64,000 nt of DNA, taken from positions 27,280,001 through 27,344,000 of the forward strand of contig OZ024749.1 of NCBI GenBank assembly GCA_964016885.1, given 5' to 3'. A program made the position numbers and the translations under genes. Source of the stretch: Eledone cirrhosa (Eukaryota). Of this stretch, positions 61,165 through 64,000 are shown piece by piece. The notes beneath the pieces were generated by a model, which ran no database searches, was not told the DNA's origin, and saw only the letters and a list, made by a program, of their open reading frames with translations. The first letter of the stretch is position 1. Each line of letters opens with the position of its first letter.

Positions 61165-62497
61165 TCAAGTTGTTGCTGAAGAAGATTCCAGATATTTGCT
61201 ACACCACTGGACAAAAGTCAGGGCAACATGCTGGAGCTTCCCTACAGTTGTCGACAAACTGGCCTGGATATTCTCCACAGAGAAATCACCCCTGAAACAT
61301 TGACAATAATTTAGAAATTACCAATAAGCCGCGATTTTCAACATCAACCTTGACATTGTCATTATAGTTGTTTTATGTGACTTTCTCAGCTATGAGTCAC
61401 CACATAAATTACAGAGGGCTAAACAACATCTCTAAAGGTAATAGTTTTAGTGACTTACTCAGCTGTGTGTGACCACAAAAGTGACCTAGGGTTAAACAAC
61501 ATCTAAAAAGGTAATAGATTTAGTGATACACTAAGCTATGTCTGACCACAAAAGTGACCTAGGGCTAAATAAAAAAGCAATAAAATATAATAGATTTAGT
61601 GATACACTGAGCTCTACCAAAAATACTTCCTTTTAAAAAACAGTGGGAACTTTCTGTCCAACCCAATATGTATAACCACCGAGCTGACCTAGGGTTAAAC
61701 AGTAACAACATCAAAAGGTTTAGTGACTTACTCTGCTATCTGTGTTGAGAGGAATGTGTAGAATTGTTGACTGAAATAGGTGAGGTGCTGCCACAACCAA
61801 TGACAATAGTCTTGGAGGAAAGAAACTGATAACCAGAAGGAAGCAATCAATTGGTCCCAAAATTCTGGTGAGGCATTGTACAGCTGGAATTGAGAGAGAC
61901 ATATTAGATAAGGTGTTGTACAGGTGGGATTGAGAGAACAAGAGGGATATATTAGGTAGCGTTATACAGGTAGGGTTGAGAGAGAGAGAGAGAGAGAGTT
62001 ATACATATTAGACGAGGTGTTGTACAGGTGGGATTGAGGCCACTTACATCTTATTGAGAGGGTGGTCGGAATATATACAAGGGTAATCCCAAAAGTAAGG
62101 TCTCCAAAGTGATGGGGACGCAGAGAAACTGTTCGTACGGCTGTTGGCAACACTGTTGTGATTGGTGCTTCCTTCACTCCCAAACAAGCATGCGCGCGCT
62201 TCGCTGGGATGCTCAATCTTGGCTTGGCAGCCGTTGAGAATGGAGCTCCCGTTGAACGCTACCGCCAAGTGCAAATTTCGCCCAGTTATATAGAGGGCAA
62301 TCCCAAAAGTAAGGTCTCCTTCCAAGGAAAACATGCGTAAAGATCAGCAGATCACTCTGGATGCTCTCTGCATTTTGGTTCCCGAGGTTTCCCGAAGCAC
62401 CAGCCACAGGATTTTAACGGAAAAGTTGCAATATCGGAAGGAGACCTTACTTTTGGGATTGCCCTCGTATATATATAGAGAGAGAGCGAGGGAGAAT

Positions 62498-62540
<43 letters not shown>

Positions 62541-63246
62541 AAGAGGGGGGGGAATATGGTAATATACAGAAAACAAGATAGAAGAAGAGAGTAGGAAAGT
62601 GACCTACCCACAGTTTTCATTCTTATAACTTTACATTTAACTCATGAAGGGGGGGGGGGGGGGGGGGGCAGACAAAGAGAGAGAATATCTTACCCATAGT
62701 TTTCCTTCTAATAACTTTATATATAGCCAATGTCTTTCAGAAGCTGTGGCATCAGCAACATAGAGACTAAATTCCTCTGTCCTTGTCCATGCTGTCAATA
62801 AATGGGGCTTCAAAGTTTTCTCAGCAACATTATAATATTCTATGAAATTTTCTTTTAGAAACCTATAACAACAACAACAATTTCTTTAATAATAATTAAT
62901 GATTTCTACTTTAGGCACAAGGCCAGCAATTTTGGAGGAGGGGAAAGTCGATTAAATCCACCCCAGTGCATTACTGGTACTTTATTTTATCAACACCAGC
63001 AATTGACTGTTACTTTATTTTATCAACCTCCAGTACGTAATTGGTACATTATCAACACCAGTACTTGACTGGTACTATATTTTATCAACCTCCAGTACAT
63101 AACTGGCACTTTACTTTTATAATTAAAATATATCAAACAATATACTTACACTCGAGTTTTGAAAGAGTAAAATTCTATCCGCTGCCATGTCTGCATTGAG
63201 GCATCTAAAACACCGTTCCTCTCCAGAAACTGTACTGTCTGTGAAC
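61165..63246 (-). CDS. TMEM214: TMEM214-like protein, last four exons (5' part lies beyond the window)
   Basis: Exons 63246-63150, 62862-62694, 61883-61732, 61291-61165 splice in frame: SQTVQFLERNGVLDASMQTWQRIEFYSFKTRVFLKENF...LKPHLLTAW...WLWQHL...GDFSVENIQ...SSSATT*. Resembles the TMEM214 C-terminus (human SLTGRLLRSSGFLPASQQA...VRPSLQLAW...GEVTW, recalled from memory). Confidence 0.75.
61375..61735. repeat. ~74-bp tandem repeat containing copies of a TMEM214 donor junction
   Basis: tttagtgacttactc[a/t]gc variants near 61378, 61451, 61524, 61600 and the real donor at 61726-61731. Confidence 0.75.
62078..62467 (+). mobile_element. mariner deletion derivative with three TIR copies
   Basis: TIR gggcaatcccaaaagtaaggtctcc variants at 62078, 62293 and inverted at 62440-62467; transposase remnants MELPLNATAKCKFRPVI and ITLDALCILVPEVSRST.HRILTEKLQYRK. 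Confidence 0.8.
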
Positions 63247-63282
63247 CTACACAACAGGGACAAAAATAGATAGATAGGTGAT

Positions 63283-63322
<40 letters not shown>

Positions 63323-64000
63323 TATGTATGTAATAAGTAAACAGAAATAACTAAGCAAACAGTACAATGAAAAAATATATCAGTTTAATGCTTGAAATAA
63401 TAGGAAAAGAGTTTCAACGTTTTGGACACTAGTCCTTTATCAGAAAAGAGAATGAGAAAAGGTGAACTTGAAAGAGTGAGAAGAGGACAGAATGGGGAAA
63501 AAAATTGAGAAAAAAACGTGCATATTTAGTCAGTCATACACACACACATATATACATATATGTGCATTCATATGTATATGTATATACATACACATTGACC
63601 TCTATTTTCTATGCTGGTATGGGTTGGACGGCTTGTCACATTCAGAGACTAGGTTACACTGGTCAGGGAACCTCCACATCTTACTCATACATTCTATTTT
63701 GGCATGGTTTCTATGTCAAGAGGCCTTTCCTCACATCAGTCACTTTACAGAGTGTACTGCCTGCATTTTATGAACACCAGCACTAGTGCACTAATGGTGC
63801 TATCAGTCATGGACTGGACTGGAGAAACCTTTCTAGGCTGGCGGTGGGGAATTGACACTTTCCCCCATGGTTCTGGGGATAGAAGGATAAGTAAGCTGTT
63901 ATGGATAAGTAATGATCAGGAGGTGGCATTTTATCAAAAAGATCTGACAACCATATTTGTGCATGGAATAAAAATAAGGAAAATGAGATGACATTGCAAA

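Noticed and set aside
62042-62075. Extra TMEM214 exon ending at a GTAAGT near 62047
   Set aside because: Flanking exons already join in frame with the expected length, and no acceptor is evident before the mariner TIR.

Overview
AT-rich, intron-rich animal genomic DNA. The SINE/RTE content and kb-scale (TA)n tracts suggest an octopus-like cephalopod (inference only). Four spliced genes were reconstructed by hand with GT-AG junctions and consistent phases: regucalcin/SMP30 (+, 5 coding exons, 295 aa), RAE1 (-, 10 coding exons, 369 aa), TATDN1 (+, 12 coding exons, 298 aa; head-to-head with RAE1) and the last 4 exons of a TMEM214-like gene (-; tail-to-tail with TATDN1). Introns and intergenic DNA are filled with RTE LINEs (with a PHD-type zinc finger inside the RT), CR1 LINEs, two tRNA-derived SINE families, Tc1/mariner, hAT and piggyBac-type MITEs, Penelope and CRE relics, and micro/minisatellites. 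Most unusual signals: (1) tandem repeats seeded by real exon-intron junctions at several exons of three genes; (2) hammerhead-ribozyme-like cores in Penelope-type repeats and foldbacks; (3) a near-identical inverted RTE pair flanking a frame-closed two-exon block of regucalcin; (4) a shared bidirectional poly(A) region and a mirrored promoter motif; (5) an antisense micro-exon and promoter-like hairpin inside TATDN1 intron 1. Long I/Y-rich ORFs are microsatellite artefacts. No searches were run; family assignments are from motif recognition.
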